64,000 nt of DNA from an uncultured Chloroflexia bacterium (GTDB lineage: Bacteria > Chloroflexota > Limnocylindria > Limnocylindrales > CSP1-4): NCBI GenBank assembly GCA_963708065.1, contig CAVPRZ010000004.1, positions 511,863 to 575,862 of the forward strand, read 5' to 3'. Under the pieces are notes generated by a model, which was not told where the DNA came from, searched no databases, and saw only the letters and a program-made list of their open reading frames with translations. This document shows, piece by piece, positions 45,781 through 55,547 of this stretch (the stretch's first letter is position 1; every line of letters begins with the position of its first letter). The translations under genes and the position numbers were made by a program.

Positions 45781-45975
45781 CTAGCGGTTGCGGGCCAGGA
45801 AGTTCATCACGTCCTCGTAGCGGAAGCGGCGATCGCCCCGCTTGCAGACGCGGTAGAACGGGAGCTCGCCGCGATCGCCCAGCCGCTTCACGGTGTTCAC
45901 GTGAAGGTGGAGCATGTCGGCGACCTCGCTCGCGGTGAGCATGGGCCCGAGTTCGTTGATGGCCATGGATGCCAT
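45781..45975 (-). CDS. Small HTH DNA-binding protein (excisionase/BldC-like)
   Basis: MLTASEVADMLHLHVNTVKR...GELP..R...GDRRF; 64 aa. Confidence 0.88.
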   Translation of the reverse strand: MASMAINELGPMLTASEVADMLHLHVNTVKRLGDRGELPFYRVCKRGDRRFRYEDVMNFLARNR

Positions 45976-46266
45976 TGTTCGTTCAGCCTCGTCTAAGCGT
46001 CTTCCGGCCGTATTCGTGCCCGTCCGGAGGCGACGGGTGGACTCCGGCCGGCTGCTGGGGGGAGCGTATGGGTGCGCCCGCCCGGGCGCCAAGCCGTACG
46101 TTGGTCCCATCCGCGGGTACCAGACCGCTCTGGACCCCGGCCCGACCAACCCGCACCGCCGGTGCCGGGCATCGACGTGGGCGACGGCCTCGACATGACG
46201 ACGCCCCCGCCGATTCGGTCCGGGGACCGGGGCGAGGGCGCCGTCGTGGCTCACCAGACGGTGAGA

Positions 46267-46449
46267 TCAGACCGAGTTGCCGACGTTGCTGATCATCGAT
46301 GAAAGCGTGCCGCCGAGGAAGATCAGGGACAGAATCGCGACGATGGCGATGAGAACGAGGATGAGTCCGTATTCGACGAGCCCCTGACCCTGCTCCGTCG
46401 GCCGCCGAGGCAATCGTCCGGAGACGACGAGCTGACGGACCGCGCGCAT
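46267..46449 (-). CDS. flp: Flp/Fap type IVb pilin
   Basis: GQGLVEYGLIL cleavage motif followed by hydrophobic helix; AAAGGAGGTG RBS. Confidence 0.9.
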   Translation of the reverse strand: MRAVRQLVVSGRLPRRPTEQGQGLVEYGLILVLIAIVAILSLIFLGGTLSSMISNVGNSV

Positions 46450-46567
46450 GATGCTCTGAGCACCTCCTTTCCGCCCGAAGTCCCCTCGAATGAGGAGCGT
46501 GGGGGCGGTGCGACCCCCGGGTGTGCAATACCCGACCGAGAGGCCCGGTAGGCCAATCGGCGAGGCC

Positions 46568-46596
46568 ATCGTGGATGGGGGTCCTGGGTGTGTCAA
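46568..46596 (-). promoter_or_regulatory. Sigma70 promoter TTGACA-N17-CACGAT for flp
   Basis: Perfect -35 hexamer, 17-bp spacer. Confidence 0.6.
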
Positions 46597-46676
46597 GGCG
46601 CCGTCTGGGCTATCCGGTGCCCCTGTGCCACGTACCAGAGTCCCATACGGATGGGGCGCGGATGCACCACCCGAGA

Positions 46677-47210
46677 TCAATTCTGGGGCACCGCCGACGA
46701 CTCCGACTGGATCGGGATCGCGACGACCTCGGTGGCATCCACGGGCTCATCGTCGCGCCGGCTGATGATCGCCACGCCGCCGAACACGGCAAGGACGTGG
46801 AGGACGAGCCGCGGGCCCGACTCGTCGATCGGACCGGCCCCGCGCGCGCCACCGACGCCGCCGGCGAAGGCCCGCCCGCGGACGTCGACCGCCCACGACG
46901 ACGGCAGGTCGATCTCCAGCCCGCCGAAGATCGCCCGAATACGGAGGTCCGCCCCGGCGGGATCGAGCGTGGCCTGGCGCAGATCGAGCTTCCCGCCGCC
47001 ATACCATAGGTCGAGATCGCCGCCCCGGAAGGCCCCCGCCCGGCTCGTCGCGTCGAGGTTGTCGAAGATCACCGCGCGGTCGATCTCGTCGGCCGTCTCA
47101 TCGAACGGCGGCTGTTCGCCCCGGCGCAGCTTCTCGCGGTAGGCCACCGCCATCGAAGCGACCATGCCGCCGATCGCCAGCAGACCGAGCAGTCCCAGAA
47201 GGCGACGCAT
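46677..47210 (-). CDS. LiaF/DUF2154-like envelope stress protein
   Basis: YGGGKLDLRQATL, IFGGLEI and VFGGVAI beta repeats; N-terminal TM. Confidence 0.75.
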   Translation of the reverse strand: MRRLLGLLGLLAIGGMVASMAVAYREKLRRGEQPPFDETADEIDRAVIFDNLDATSRAGAFRGGDLDLWYGGGKLDLRQATLDPAGADLRIRAIFGGLEIDLPSSWAVDVRGRAFAGGVGGARGAGPIDESGPRLVLHVLAVFGGVAIISRRDDEPVDATEVVAIPIQSESSAVPQN

Positions 47211-47322
47211 CCCTGTCCTCCCCTCCCTGGATCGAGGCGCGCGCCCCCGGGGCGTTGCCCGATCGGGACCACTATCGCATGCTCCGAGCCGGCGCGGTCG
47301 ATGGTCCGGCTACCATGCCCTG

Positions 47323-48906
47323 ATGCCAGCGGACGAGCCCGTTCCCGGCGCGCCGATCCGCCCGGACGCCACCGACGCCCGGCTCGCCCTTCTCTCGCCG
47401 GCCATCGTCGCAGGCATCGCCCTCGCCGTCTACGTGCGGACGCTGCTGCCCGGGATCGCCTTCGGCGACTGGGGCGAGATGCAGACGGTCCCGCACGTGC
47501 TCGGCGTCGCCCACCCGACCGGCTATCCGACGTACGTCCTGCTGGCGTGGCTGGTCCAGCTCGTCCCGCTCGGGTCCGTGGCGTTCAAGCTCGACCTGTT
47601 CTCCGCGCTCCTCGTCGCGGCTGCCCTGGCCACCGTCTGCGCGATCGCCCAGCGCCTCGGCGTCCGCCCACTCCTGGCGATCCCCGGTGCCCTCGCCCTG
47701 GGCGTCGTCGGCACGGTCTGGGCGGCCGCCACGGTCGCCGAGGTCAACCCGCTCCACCTGCTCTTCTGCGCCCTGCTCATCCACCGGGCGCTCGTCTGGG
47801 AGGCGCGTCGCCGGACAGGCGACCTGGTCCTCGGGGGCCTGCTCATCGGACTTGCGCTCGGGAACCACCTGCTGACCCTGTTCGTCGCCCCGCTCATCGT
47901 CCTGTACGTGCTGTGGGTGGGCCGCCGCGACCTGCTCCATCGTCCGTGGATCCTGGTCCCGGCGGCGCTTGCGGTCGTCCTCGGGCTCGCCGTCTACGCC
48001 TACATCCCGCTCGCGGCCGCCCGGTCACCGGTCCTGCCCTACAACCACCCCACGACGTTGGACGACGTCTGGTGGCTGGTCAGCGGCCGCCAGTTCCGCG
48101 ACCAGTTCGACTTCCTCTCCGCGAAGGGCCCGGGCGAGTTCGTGGCCTCACTCGGAGCGCTGCGCGGCCTCGCGGTCTCCCGGGCGACGGCGATCCTGCC
48201 GGTCCTCGGCCTCGCCGGCGTGGCCTTCCTGCTCGTCCGGCGGACTGCGTTCGGGCTGCTGTGCGTCGCGATCCTGGTCAGCGGCGCGTATGTCTGGGCC
48301 AACTACCTGCGCCTCGAGCACTACCTGCTCGTGCCCTGGCTGGTGCTGGGGATCGGGGCGACGGTCGCACTCGAGGCCCTGGCAGGCGGGGTGTCGCGGG
48401 TGCTCCGCCGGCTCGGTCGGTCCGAGCGGATGGTCGGCTGGTCGGGCTCGGTCGTCGGGCTGGCCGCGCTCGCGTTCGCGGTCGGCCTGGCCGGCCTCAA
48501 CTTCGGGAGCTACGACCGGAGCGCGGACCGTTCCGGTGACGACTACGTCGACGCCATCCTCGCGGCGCTGCCGGAGAACGCTGCCATCCTGTCGTACTGG
48601 GACGCCTCGACCCCGCTGTGGCACGCCGAGTACGTCGAGGGCCGCCGGCCCGACGTCCTGATCGTCGACGACACGAACATCGTCTACGAACGATGGGGGA
48701 CCCGCGAGAACCGGATCGCCTCGCTCATCTGCGACCGACCGGTCTTCATGATCAGGCTCGATCCGCGCGACTACGAGCCGACGCTCGAGTCCTATCGGCT
48801 CACCCCGCTGGTCGACGTCCGGGTGGCGGCCGGCGGCCCGAGCGCGGTCGTGACCCGTCAGGTCTATCGGGTGGAGCCGAGGGATCCGTCGACCTGCGGC
48901 GGCTGA
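47323..48906 (+). CDS. DUF2723 / TMEM260-like GT-C glycosyltransferase
   Basis: GDWGEMQ..PHVLGVAHPTGYPTY, AEVNPLH and LGNH motifs; multi-TM. Confidence 0.85.
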   Translation: MPADEPVPGAPIRPDATDARLALLSPAIVAGIALAVYVRTLLPGIAFGDWGEMQTVPHVLGVAHPTGYPTYVLLAWLVQLVPLGSVAFKLDLFSALLVAAALATVCAIAQRLGVRPLLAIPGALALGVVGTVWAAATVAEVNPLHLLFCALLIHRALVWEARRRTGDLVLGGLLIGLALGNHLLTLFVAPLIVLYVLWVGRRDLLHRPWILVPAALAVVLGLAVYAYIPLAAARSPVLPYNHPTTLDDVWWLVSGRQFRDQFDFLSAKGPGEFVASLGALRGLAVSRATAILPVLGLAGVAFLLVRRTAFGLLCVAILVSGAYVWANYLRLEHYLLVPWLVLGIGATVALEALAGGVSRVLRRLGRSERMVGWSGSVVGLAALAFAVGLAGLNFGSYDRSADRSGDDYVDAILAALPENAAILSYWDASTPLWHAEYVEGRRPDVLIVDDTNIVYERWGTRENRIASLICDRPVFMIRLDPRDYEPTLESYRLTPLVDVRVAAGGPSAVVTRQVYRVEPRDPSTCGG

Positions 48907-48909
48907 CGT

Positions 48910-48985
48910 TGGCGTCCCCGGCAGGATTCGAACCTGCGACCTTCCGCTTAGAAGGCGGTCGCTCTGTCCACTGAGCTACGGGGAC
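48910..48985 (-). tRNA. tRNA-Arg (TCT)
   Basis: GTCCCCG-TAGCTCAG...CT-TCT-AA...GGTTCGAATCC...GCCA. Confidence 0.95.
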
Positions 48986-49377
48986 GGGCTTGGTTGGTCG
49001 GTTTGAGCGTAGAAGCTGGGATTGGCGACCAGGCGGATGCCAGCGACCGTTAGCACGACGCTCCGCTGGACAGCTGACAGAGCACGCCGTGACAGCCTGG
49101 TCAGTCTACGCGACTGCGTCGCCCGTCGACCGCGATGCGAACTCGGGCTCCGAAGACACCCCAGGCTACGTCGCGGCTCTCGATGGCCCCTCTCGCCCAC
49201 GTCGCACACACCGGCGTGACGAGCAACGCCCGGTCCGTCCGGCGGGAGCAGCTGGACGCCTGCTTCGCCGCCAGCCGAGAACACACTGCACCGTCCACGA
49301 GTATGGCGATCTGAACGTCTTCTGGCGGTGTGGCGTCTGGGCAGCATCCGACCGAAAACGAAACGGGCGAACCCGGG

Positions 49378-50226
49378 TCAGCGGCGGCGAACCCGATGGG
49401 CGCCGCGGTAGGGATCGCGCCGCCGTCGTCTCACGCCGCGGTAACCGAGGAGTCCCAGACCAACCACGAGGACCACCATCCCGGGCAGCACGAAGCTCGC
49501 GGGACCCGTGTTGTCAGGCGGCACGGTCGGAGCGCTCGCAATTGGCGAGTGGCTCGGTCCTCCGGTGGATGGCGCCGAGGGCACGTTCGAATGTCCATCA
49601 GACGGAGACTCGCTCGCTGGCGCGCTCGATCCAGGTCCAGGGACGATGACGGCGAAGTCGCCGAACTCGGTCACGACCGCGATGAAGCTTCCACCAAAGC
49701 CGGCGGATGAGGTCTTGAGCGGCTGCCACGACCCGTTGGCGAACCGCGCAATCGTCGCTTCGCCCTGGGCGGGATCGGTCGCGCGAAGGACGACGCTCAC
49801 ACGGGCGGATGCCAGCGCCGTGAGCGCCACGCCAGTGTCATCGACCAGGCTCATTCGATAGACGTTGCCGTCGATGTGGCCGTCGTTCGGAGCGCCCACG
49901 GACGGAATGGGTTCGATCGAGACGTGGATCGTGCGGGCGCCGGCCTGGACGGTGAGGCCCTCGGGTGGCGCGAAGATCTGGGCTTGGGGCTCAAGCTCTG
50001 GCGTTGCGACGGCGACCAGCGGACTCTTGCCGGCCCGGATGGCGATGTCGGCGGTCGCACCCTTCGCTCCACCCAGCTGGCCCGGGGGAGGGTCGAGCCA
50101 GCGGTAGGGCTCGATCGGCACGATTCCGTCATACAGCGGCGGCGCGGCCGGCAGCGCAAGACGGGCCGCGACGATGAGCAGGAGTCCGGCGCCGAAGACG
50201 GACAAGACGGCGGCGCGCCGTGGCAT
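49378..50226 (-). CDS. Exported protein with C-terminal TM anchor (PPLYDG family, paralogue 1)
   Basis: N-terminal hydrophobic helix, PPLYDG..EPYRW, GNVYR, C-terminal TM plus Arg tail. Confidence 0.75.
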   Translation of the reverse strand: MPRRAAVLSVFGAGLLLIVAARLALPAAPPLYDGIVPIEPYRWLDPPPGQLGGAKGATADIAIRAGKSPLVAVATPELEPQAQIFAPPEGLTVQAGARTIHVSIEPIPSVGAPNDGHIDGNVYRMSLVDDTGVALTALASARVSVVLRATDPAQGEATIARFANGSWQPLKTSSAGFGGSFIAVVTEFGDFAVIVPGPGSSAPASESPSDGHSNVPSAPSTGGPSHSPIASAPTVPPDNTGPASFVLPGMVVLVVGLGLLGYRGVRRRRRDPYRGAHRVRRR

Positions 50227-50811
50227 CTAGAGCCACCAGGTGGCGAGATCGGCGATCGAGTGGGCGACGGCCGGTGCGGCGATCCCGCCCGTCGCCAGAC
50301 GCAGACCGGCCAGCCACAGGCCAACCCCCAGATCGAGCGGCACGACCTGCCAGCCGTACAACGGCACGTGCATGAGCGCGAACACGAGACTCGTCACCAC
50401 AACAGCGCCGAGCGTGCCCAGGCTCCCATCGAGATCGTCGAACAGCGCACCGCGCAGAACGAGCTCCTCGGCGCTGGCGACGAGGATCGTCACGGCGGCC
50501 CACGGAGCGAAGGCGGCTGACGGTGCGAGCCACGGGAGCTGGCCGGATCGCGTCACCACCGCGACCACGATCAGGACCGCACCGCCCGCCGCCCCGACGA
50601 CGTACGACGAGCGGCGCTCGGGTCGCGGCCGCCAGCCTCCCCCGAGACCCGCCGCGAGCAGGCCGGCCCCAAAGATCAGCCCGATCGTCACGGCTCCGGC
50701 TGCGCCCCGGGTGGTCAACGCCCAGCGTAGCCCGACGATCGCGGCCAGCCCCACGAGGATGAGCGCAGGCCGGACGATCCCACCGGCGGGACGAACGGCG
50801 CTCGCGGTCAT
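50227..50811 (-). CDS. CPBP intramembrane protease
   Basis: AEELVLRG, FALMH and AHSIAD motifs. Confidence 0.85.
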   Translation of the reverse strand: MTASAVRPAGGIVRPALILVGLAAIVGLRWALTTRGAAGAVTIGLIFGAGLLAAGLGGGWRPRPERRSSYVVGAAGGAVLIVVAVVTRSGQLPWLAPSAAFAPWAAVTILVASAEELVLRGALFDDLDGSLGTLGAVVVTSLVFALMHVPLYGWQVVPLDLGVGLWLAGLRLATGGIAAPAVAHSIADLATWWL

Positions 50812-52214
50812 CGGTCGAGCGGGACGAAGCCGACCTCGCCGGTCTGGTACGTCGGCGGCCAGACGAACGTGTACGAGCGAACCGCCTGCCACTGCCAGAT
50901 CACCGCGGCCGCTCGTTCGTTCTGGCCGAGGCTCCCGAGATCGGATGAGAAGCGAAGCCCGGCACCGTTGGGCAGCGATCCTGTCGGCAGGTCGATCGAG
51001 CGCGCCGCAGCCGCGACAGCGGAGGCATCGAGCGAACCAGCTCTGGCCGCGGACGGCAGGACGTCGTGGAACAGGGCCCAGGCGGCGGCAAAGCCCGACA
51101 GGCCTTCCTCGCTCGGGCCGGCCGCGGCAGAACCCGCCGCGACCGGTCCGCTGATCGGGTATTCGGACGGGCTTCCCGCGGGTTCTGACCCGTATCCGCG
51201 TGCCCCGTAGTCGCCTGACGGGCTCGACCCACGACCGCGTGCCGCCCAGGAGGCGGCGAACCGGTCGTACAGCGCCCGGGCGGCGGGATCAAGCGCCGAG
51301 GGCTGGAAGCCGCCCGTCGGGCGATCCGAGGCGAACACGCCGATCGCATCTGGCCCGAGGTCGCCCGCGAAGTCGGGATCGCATTCGGCCATCGTCGAGC
51401 CGATGAGCGCGCCGACCCGAAGGTTCGCGGCGATCATCGCCCGGCGGAACGCGACGCCGTCGGGGATGTGCGAGGCGAGAATGACCACGTCAGGTCGAGC
51501 CGCCTCGAGCCTGGCCATCACGGCCGGGAAGTCTGGGACCGTCAGGTCGTACTGCTCGCGCGCCACGATCGGCACGCCTTCGTTCTCGGCGCCGGCGGCA
51601 GCCGCGTCGGCCACGGATCGGGCGTAGTCGTCGGCGGCGGCCACGATCGCGACCCGCAGCTGAGTCGGCGCCTTTGCGAGCCGCGGCGCGATCTGGCTTG
51701 CAGCGAACGCTGCCGAGTTCGACCCGAGGTTCGAGCCGCTCGCGCCGACCCGGAAGACGAGCGGCAAGCCGCGGCCGGTCAGCCGGTCGGCCACCGCCCC
51801 CGCCTCCCAGTACACGAGACCGTCGTCGTTCGCGGCCTGGCTGGCCGGGATCGACAGTGCCGATGAGTACGCGCCGATCACGACGCTTGCTCCGTCGGCT
51901 CTGAGCGCGGCCATGACCGCGGGCGCATTGTCGGCAGATTCGAGGTCGCGGACGTCGAGGACGATCCGCCGACCCTCGATGCCCCCGGCGGCATTGACGA
52001 AGTCGGCCGCCGCCCGGACTCCGGCGAGCTCTTCCTGCGCGAGGCTCGCCGCGTTGCCATTCAGCGGAAACACGGCGCCGATCCGGACGTCGCCGGCCGC
52101 GCTGACAGGGGAGGTGGAGCGCGGTTGAACGGGCGAGGCGCACGCCACTGCCGCGACGAGCACCACGGCCGCAAGAAACAGGGCCGACGATCGGCGAGAG
52201 GAGCTGGCGGACAT
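50808..52214 (-). CDS. Periplasmic-binding-protein type 1 (LivJ-like) substrate-binding lipoprotein
   Basis: Lipobox AVAC; VRIGAVFPLNG, NAAGGIEGRRIVL, IGAYSS; GAGGAGG RBS. Confidence 0.85.
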   Translation of the reverse strand: MSASSSRRSSALFLAAVVLVAAVACASPVQPRSTSPVSAAGDVRIGAVFPLNGNAASLAQEELAGVRAAADFVNAAGGIEGRRIVLDVRDLESADNAPAVMAALRADGASVVIGAYSSALSIPASQAANDDGLVYWEAGAVADRLTGRGLPLVFRVGASGSNLGSNSAAFAASQIAPRLAKAPTQLRVAIVAAADDYARSVADAAAAGAENEGVPIVAREQYDLTVPDFPAVMARLEAARPDVVILASHIPDGVAFRRAMIAANLRVGALIGSTMAECDPDFAGDLGPDAIGVFASDRPTGGFQPSALDPAARALYDRFAASWAARGRGSSPSGDYGARGYGSEPAGSPSEYPISGPVAAGSAAAGPSEEGLSGFAAAWALFHDVLPSAARAGSLDASAVAAAARSIDLPTGSLPNGAGLRFSSDLGSLGQNERAAAVIWQWQAVRSYTFVWPPTYQTGEVGFVPLDR

Positions 52215-52264
52215 GATGCCTCCTCGAACGGTCATGGTGCACCTGATCGGCTTCTGGGCGGTGC

Positions 52265-53050
52265 TCAACGCTGGCCACCGCGACGACGGCGAGCTCGCCT
52301 GCGCTTCGGGGACCGCGGCGGACCCTGAGGTGACGCTCCGCCGCTAGTGATCGGCCGCCGCCGATCACTAGCCTGGAGATAGCCGATGGCGAGGGCCGAC
52401 AGCACGGCCAGCACAACGCCCGCGGCGACGAGCCTCGGGTCCAGGCCAAGCAGGCCGGGATTCGGGGCTGCAATGAGGGCAAAGTCCCCGAGCGCAGTGG
52501 CGTTGGTCAGGTAGATGCCTGGCTGGCCCGAAGGCTCGGTCGGCAGCTCCTGCCAACCAGGGCCGACGTAGTACCCGATCGTTGCGGCGATGACGCCATC
52601 GGGCGCGCGCAGGACCACCGTCGGCCACGTTTCAGCATTGATCCTGAGCGGAGTGCCGGTCGAGTCGGACACGGCGAACCGATAGACGTTGCCCGCGATC
52701 GGGCCGTCCGAGGGAGTCGCCTGCGCGGCGACCGGCTGGACCGACACGTCGAGCGAGTCGACGCCGGTCGGGATCACGAATGCGCCCGGTGCGGCGATCA
52801 GCTGCGCCTGGGGCGGGCTCTCGGTGGTCGCCGCGACGATCTGCGGGCTTGTCGTGCCGGCGACCTGCAGCTGAGAGCTGAACGAGGTCGGCGAGCCGAC
52901 CTGACCCGGCCCCGGCGCAAGATAGCGATATGGTTCGCCAACCACGACGCCGTCGTACAGCGGCGGCGAGCCGAGCGGCGCCATGAGCTGGGCGACCACC
53001 ACGAGGGCCAGGCCGCCCAGGAGCGCAAGGAACGCCGCAGGCCATCTCAT
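52265..53050 (-). CDS. Exported protein with C-terminal TM anchor (PPLYDG family, paralogue 2)
   Basis: PPLYDG...EPYRY, PQAQL, GNVYRF; ATGA overlap with upstream gene. Confidence 0.75.
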   Translation of the reverse strand: MRWPAAFLALLGGLALVVVAQLMAPLGSPPLYDGVVVGEPYRYLAPGPGQVGSPTSFSSQLQVAGTTSPQIVAATTESPPQAQLIAAPGAFVIPTGVDSLDVSVQPVAAQATPSDGPIAGNVYRFAVSDSTGTPLRINAETWPTVVLRAPDGVIAATIGYYVGPGWQELPTEPSGQPGIYLTNATALGDFALIAAPNPGLLGLDPRLVAAGVVLAVLSALAIGYLQASDRRRPITSGGASPQGPPRSPKRRRARRRRGGQR

Positions 53051-53490
53051 TTGACCGTGAAGAAGACCTCCGGTGACCAGACTCGCGGATTGAACGGAGC
53101 GTGATCGGCGGCGACGAACTCGGCTTTGAGGACGTAGGTGCCCGGGTGAACCGGCAGGTCCTGCTCGAGTCCGTAGTTCATCGACACGAGCACGTTGTCG
53201 ACGTAGAGGTGCAGGTGGCCCTCGTCGGGGCGGATGTTCGTCGTCGTGGCGCTCACGATCTGGGCACCCGTCAACGACAGCACCACGTGGACGGTGGCTC
53301 CCGTGACGCTCTCCCCGGACACCGGCTTGACGATCGTGACCACGGCGGGTGACGACGGCCGATTGCCCGACGGGCTGGGGGCGGAGGGACCAGGGCTCGT
53401 CGGTGGCCCACTGGCCGATGGGCCGGCGCACGACAGCACGATCGTCGCGAGCAGGACCACAGCCAACGGCCTGTACCAATACCTGATCAT
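53047..53490 (-). CDS. His-motif Ig-like lipoprotein (putative metal binding)
   Basis: Lipobox VLSC; EGHLHLYVD and EFVAADHAPF motifs. Confidence 0.7.
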   Translation of the reverse strand: MIRYWYRPLAVVLLATIVLSCAGPSASGPPTSPGPSAPSPSGNRPSSPAVVTIVKPVSGESVTGATVHVVLSLTGAQIVSATTTNIRPDEGHLHLYVDNVLVSMNYGLEQDLPVHPGTYVLKAEFVAADHAPFNPRVWSPEVFFTVK

Positions 53491-53547
53491 CTCAGCCTCA
53501 TCTATGCGAGTGGATCAACGCCCGCGAACGGTCGCCGTCGAGGACGT

Positions 53548-55542
53548 TCACGAGCCCGGCGTGACGACAAGCTGGGCCTGGAGTTGTTCGCCGCCCGGTG
53601 CGGTTCCGACGATCGCAAGCGCCTGCGGGATGTCATGCGCCGTCAAGGTTGCGACGACGTGGCCCGGCTCGAGCGTCCGTACCGTCAGCCGACGAGGGTC
53701 GGTGGTCCCGGTCGTGACCGAGAGACCTATGTCCGTCGCCGGCAGCTCGCTGCCCGAGGCGTCGAAGAAGGTCACGTGCACGTCGTTCTGACCGGGCCGG
53801 TCGGGATCGAGATAGACCTGGACCGTACGGCCGGCGGTGAGATGGACGATGTACATCGTCGGAATGCCCGCCACCCGATTGACGTCCACCTCTGGAGGTG
53901 TCGCCTGAGCCACGACGGCGAGCGGCACCTCCACCGAGGAGGTCCCGTGCGCAACCAGGGCGACGATCTGCCACGTGCCGTCGATGGAGAGGTTGCCGCC
54001 CGTCGCACTGAAGACGCCCGCGTCGACGGGCGCCAGGTCAAGGCGAGAGCTCCCGATGTCCGATCGAGCCGGCACCGAGAAGCGCAGGGTCACGCCATCG
54101 GCGGCAACCGGCGCGGCGGTGTCGTAGTCGGTCACGATCGCCCGAAACGTGTTGAAGCCGGTCAGCCCGGGCGAGACCTCGAGGCGGAGCCGGACGGACG
54201 TCCCGAAGTCGCTGCCGCTGACCACGATTGGCTGCCGTCTCGGGCTCGGTGCCGGGGTCGGGCCAGACGCCGCGATCGACGTTGGGGGCGCGACGTTGAC
54301 GAGGGCGGCGGCCAGCAGGACGACCGTTGCGCCGACGACGATCTCGACCGAGCCGACCCGCCGGAGGCCTGTCAGGACGCGACCGGCGGCCGGGACGTTG
54401 CGGAAATGGTTGGCTGCCCCGAGCGCGGCGAGGACCGCGAGCAACGCCGTCTTGCCGATCAGGAGCCGCCCGAAATCGGTCGAGAACAGCGCGTCGATCG
54501 TCCCCACCTCGCTGATCCCGCGCAGGAGGCCGGTGATCGCGACCGCGACGATCCCAGCCGTCGCGACCCGTGAGAATCGTCTCGCCGCGCTCGCCGTCGC
54601 CCCGTCGGGAGGCCGGTGGCGGATCGTGGCGAGGAGGCCCACGAGACCGCCGATCCAGAACCCGACGGCGCCGACGTGGATGGACTGGATCACGACATCG
54701 AGAGCGGCCTGCCGGCCGGCCGCGGCATGGCTCGCCAGGACATCTGCGAGGAGAGCGCCGGCTGCGGCAAGGGCAACGATTGTCAGGACCAATCGATACC
54801 TTGCGACGCTGCGCGCGCCCAGAATGATGGCCGTGCCGGCAACGACGATGGGAACGACGCGTTCGACGATCACCGGTCCGAACGATGTACCCGAGACCTG
54901 CCCGACATCGACTCCGGCTTCGGCCAGCTCGTCCACGACCACCACGGCGGTGCCGACGGCGGCGAGCAGCCAGGCGGCCGGCAGGAGGCGTCCGACGATC
55001 GGGGCTGGCACTCGGGCCACGACCACCCCGAAGAAGCTCGCGCCCAGCAAGACGAGCAGCCCGACATACAACAGCCAGCGCCCCGCGATCGCGGCCGGCG
55101 AGGGCCCCGACGAGCTGGTTTGGGCCACCGGGTTCGCCCCGCCGCCCGATGCGGGCGCCGTACCAACGCCGAACGCGAAGGAGCCAGAGGCCCGGTGCCC
55201 GTCCACGGCCGACACCGTGCGCCAGGCGACGGTGTAGACGCCGCCGCCCAACGGTCGAAGTGGCACTTCAAGGGTCAGCGGGTCGCCGCTCGACGTCGCC
55301 GTAGGACCGGCCGTCACCGGGTTTCCGGACGAATCGAGTACGTTGATGGACGACAGCTTGGGATCAGGTCGCTCGCCGAACGTGATCGTCACCCTGGCCG
55401 GCGGAGTCGAGAGCGTGGAGCCGGGGCTCGGCGTCGACGACTGCGGCAGGGCGTGGGCGTCGGCCGACCCGGCCAGGGCAGGGAGGGCGATCAGCGCGAC
55501 CGCCGTCGCGCTGATCGCCAGCCTGGCCCATGATCGGACCAT
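53548..55542 (-). CDS. CopC-CopD fusion copper uptake protein (YcnJ-like) with C-terminal Ig-like domains
   Basis: ADA-HALPQSSTP mature His1, WRTVSAVDGH, ASHAAAG, HVGAVGFWIGGL, RRFS and FGRLLIGK motifs. Confidence 0.9.
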   Translation of the reverse strand: MVRSWARLAISATAVALIALPALAGSADAHALPQSSTPSPGSTLSTPPARVTITFGERPDPKLSSINVLDSSGNPVTAGPTATSSGDPLTLEVPLRPLGGGVYTVAWRTVSAVDGHRASGSFAFGVGTAPASGGGANPVAQTSSSGPSPAAIAGRWLLYVGLLVLLGASFFGVVVARVPAPIVGRLLPAAWLLAAVGTAVVVVDELAEAGVDVGQVSGTSFGPVIVERVVPIVVAGTAIILGARSVARYRLVLTIVALAAAGALLADVLASHAAAGRQAALDVVIQSIHVGAVGFWIGGLVGLLATIRHRPPDGATASAARRFSRVATAGIVAVAITGLLRGISEVGTIDALFSTDFGRLLIGKTALLAVLAALGAANHFRNVPAAGRVLTGLRRVGSVEIVVGATVVLLAAALVNVAPPTSIAASGPTPAPSPRRQPIVVSGSDFGTSVRLRLEVSPGLTGFNTFRAIVTDYDTAAPVAADGVTLRFSVPARSDIGSSRLDLAPVDAGVFSATGGNLSIDGTWQIVALVAHGTSSVEVPLAVVAQATPPEVDVNRVAGIPTMYIVHLTAGRTVQVYLDPDRPGQNDVHVTFFDASGSELPATDIGLSVTTGTTDPRRLTVRTLEPGHVVATLTAHDIPQALAIVGTAPGGEQLQAQLVVTPGS

Positions 55543-55547
55543 CGCTC

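Noticed and set aside
45781-45975. Excisionase-like gene as evidence of a prophage
   Set aside because: No phage or integrase genes nearby; fits a stand-alone BldC-like regulator
48910-48985. tRNA-Arg as the attachment site of an integrated element
   Set aside because: The atypical block lies on the tRNA's 5' side; no duplicated 3' end or integrase seen
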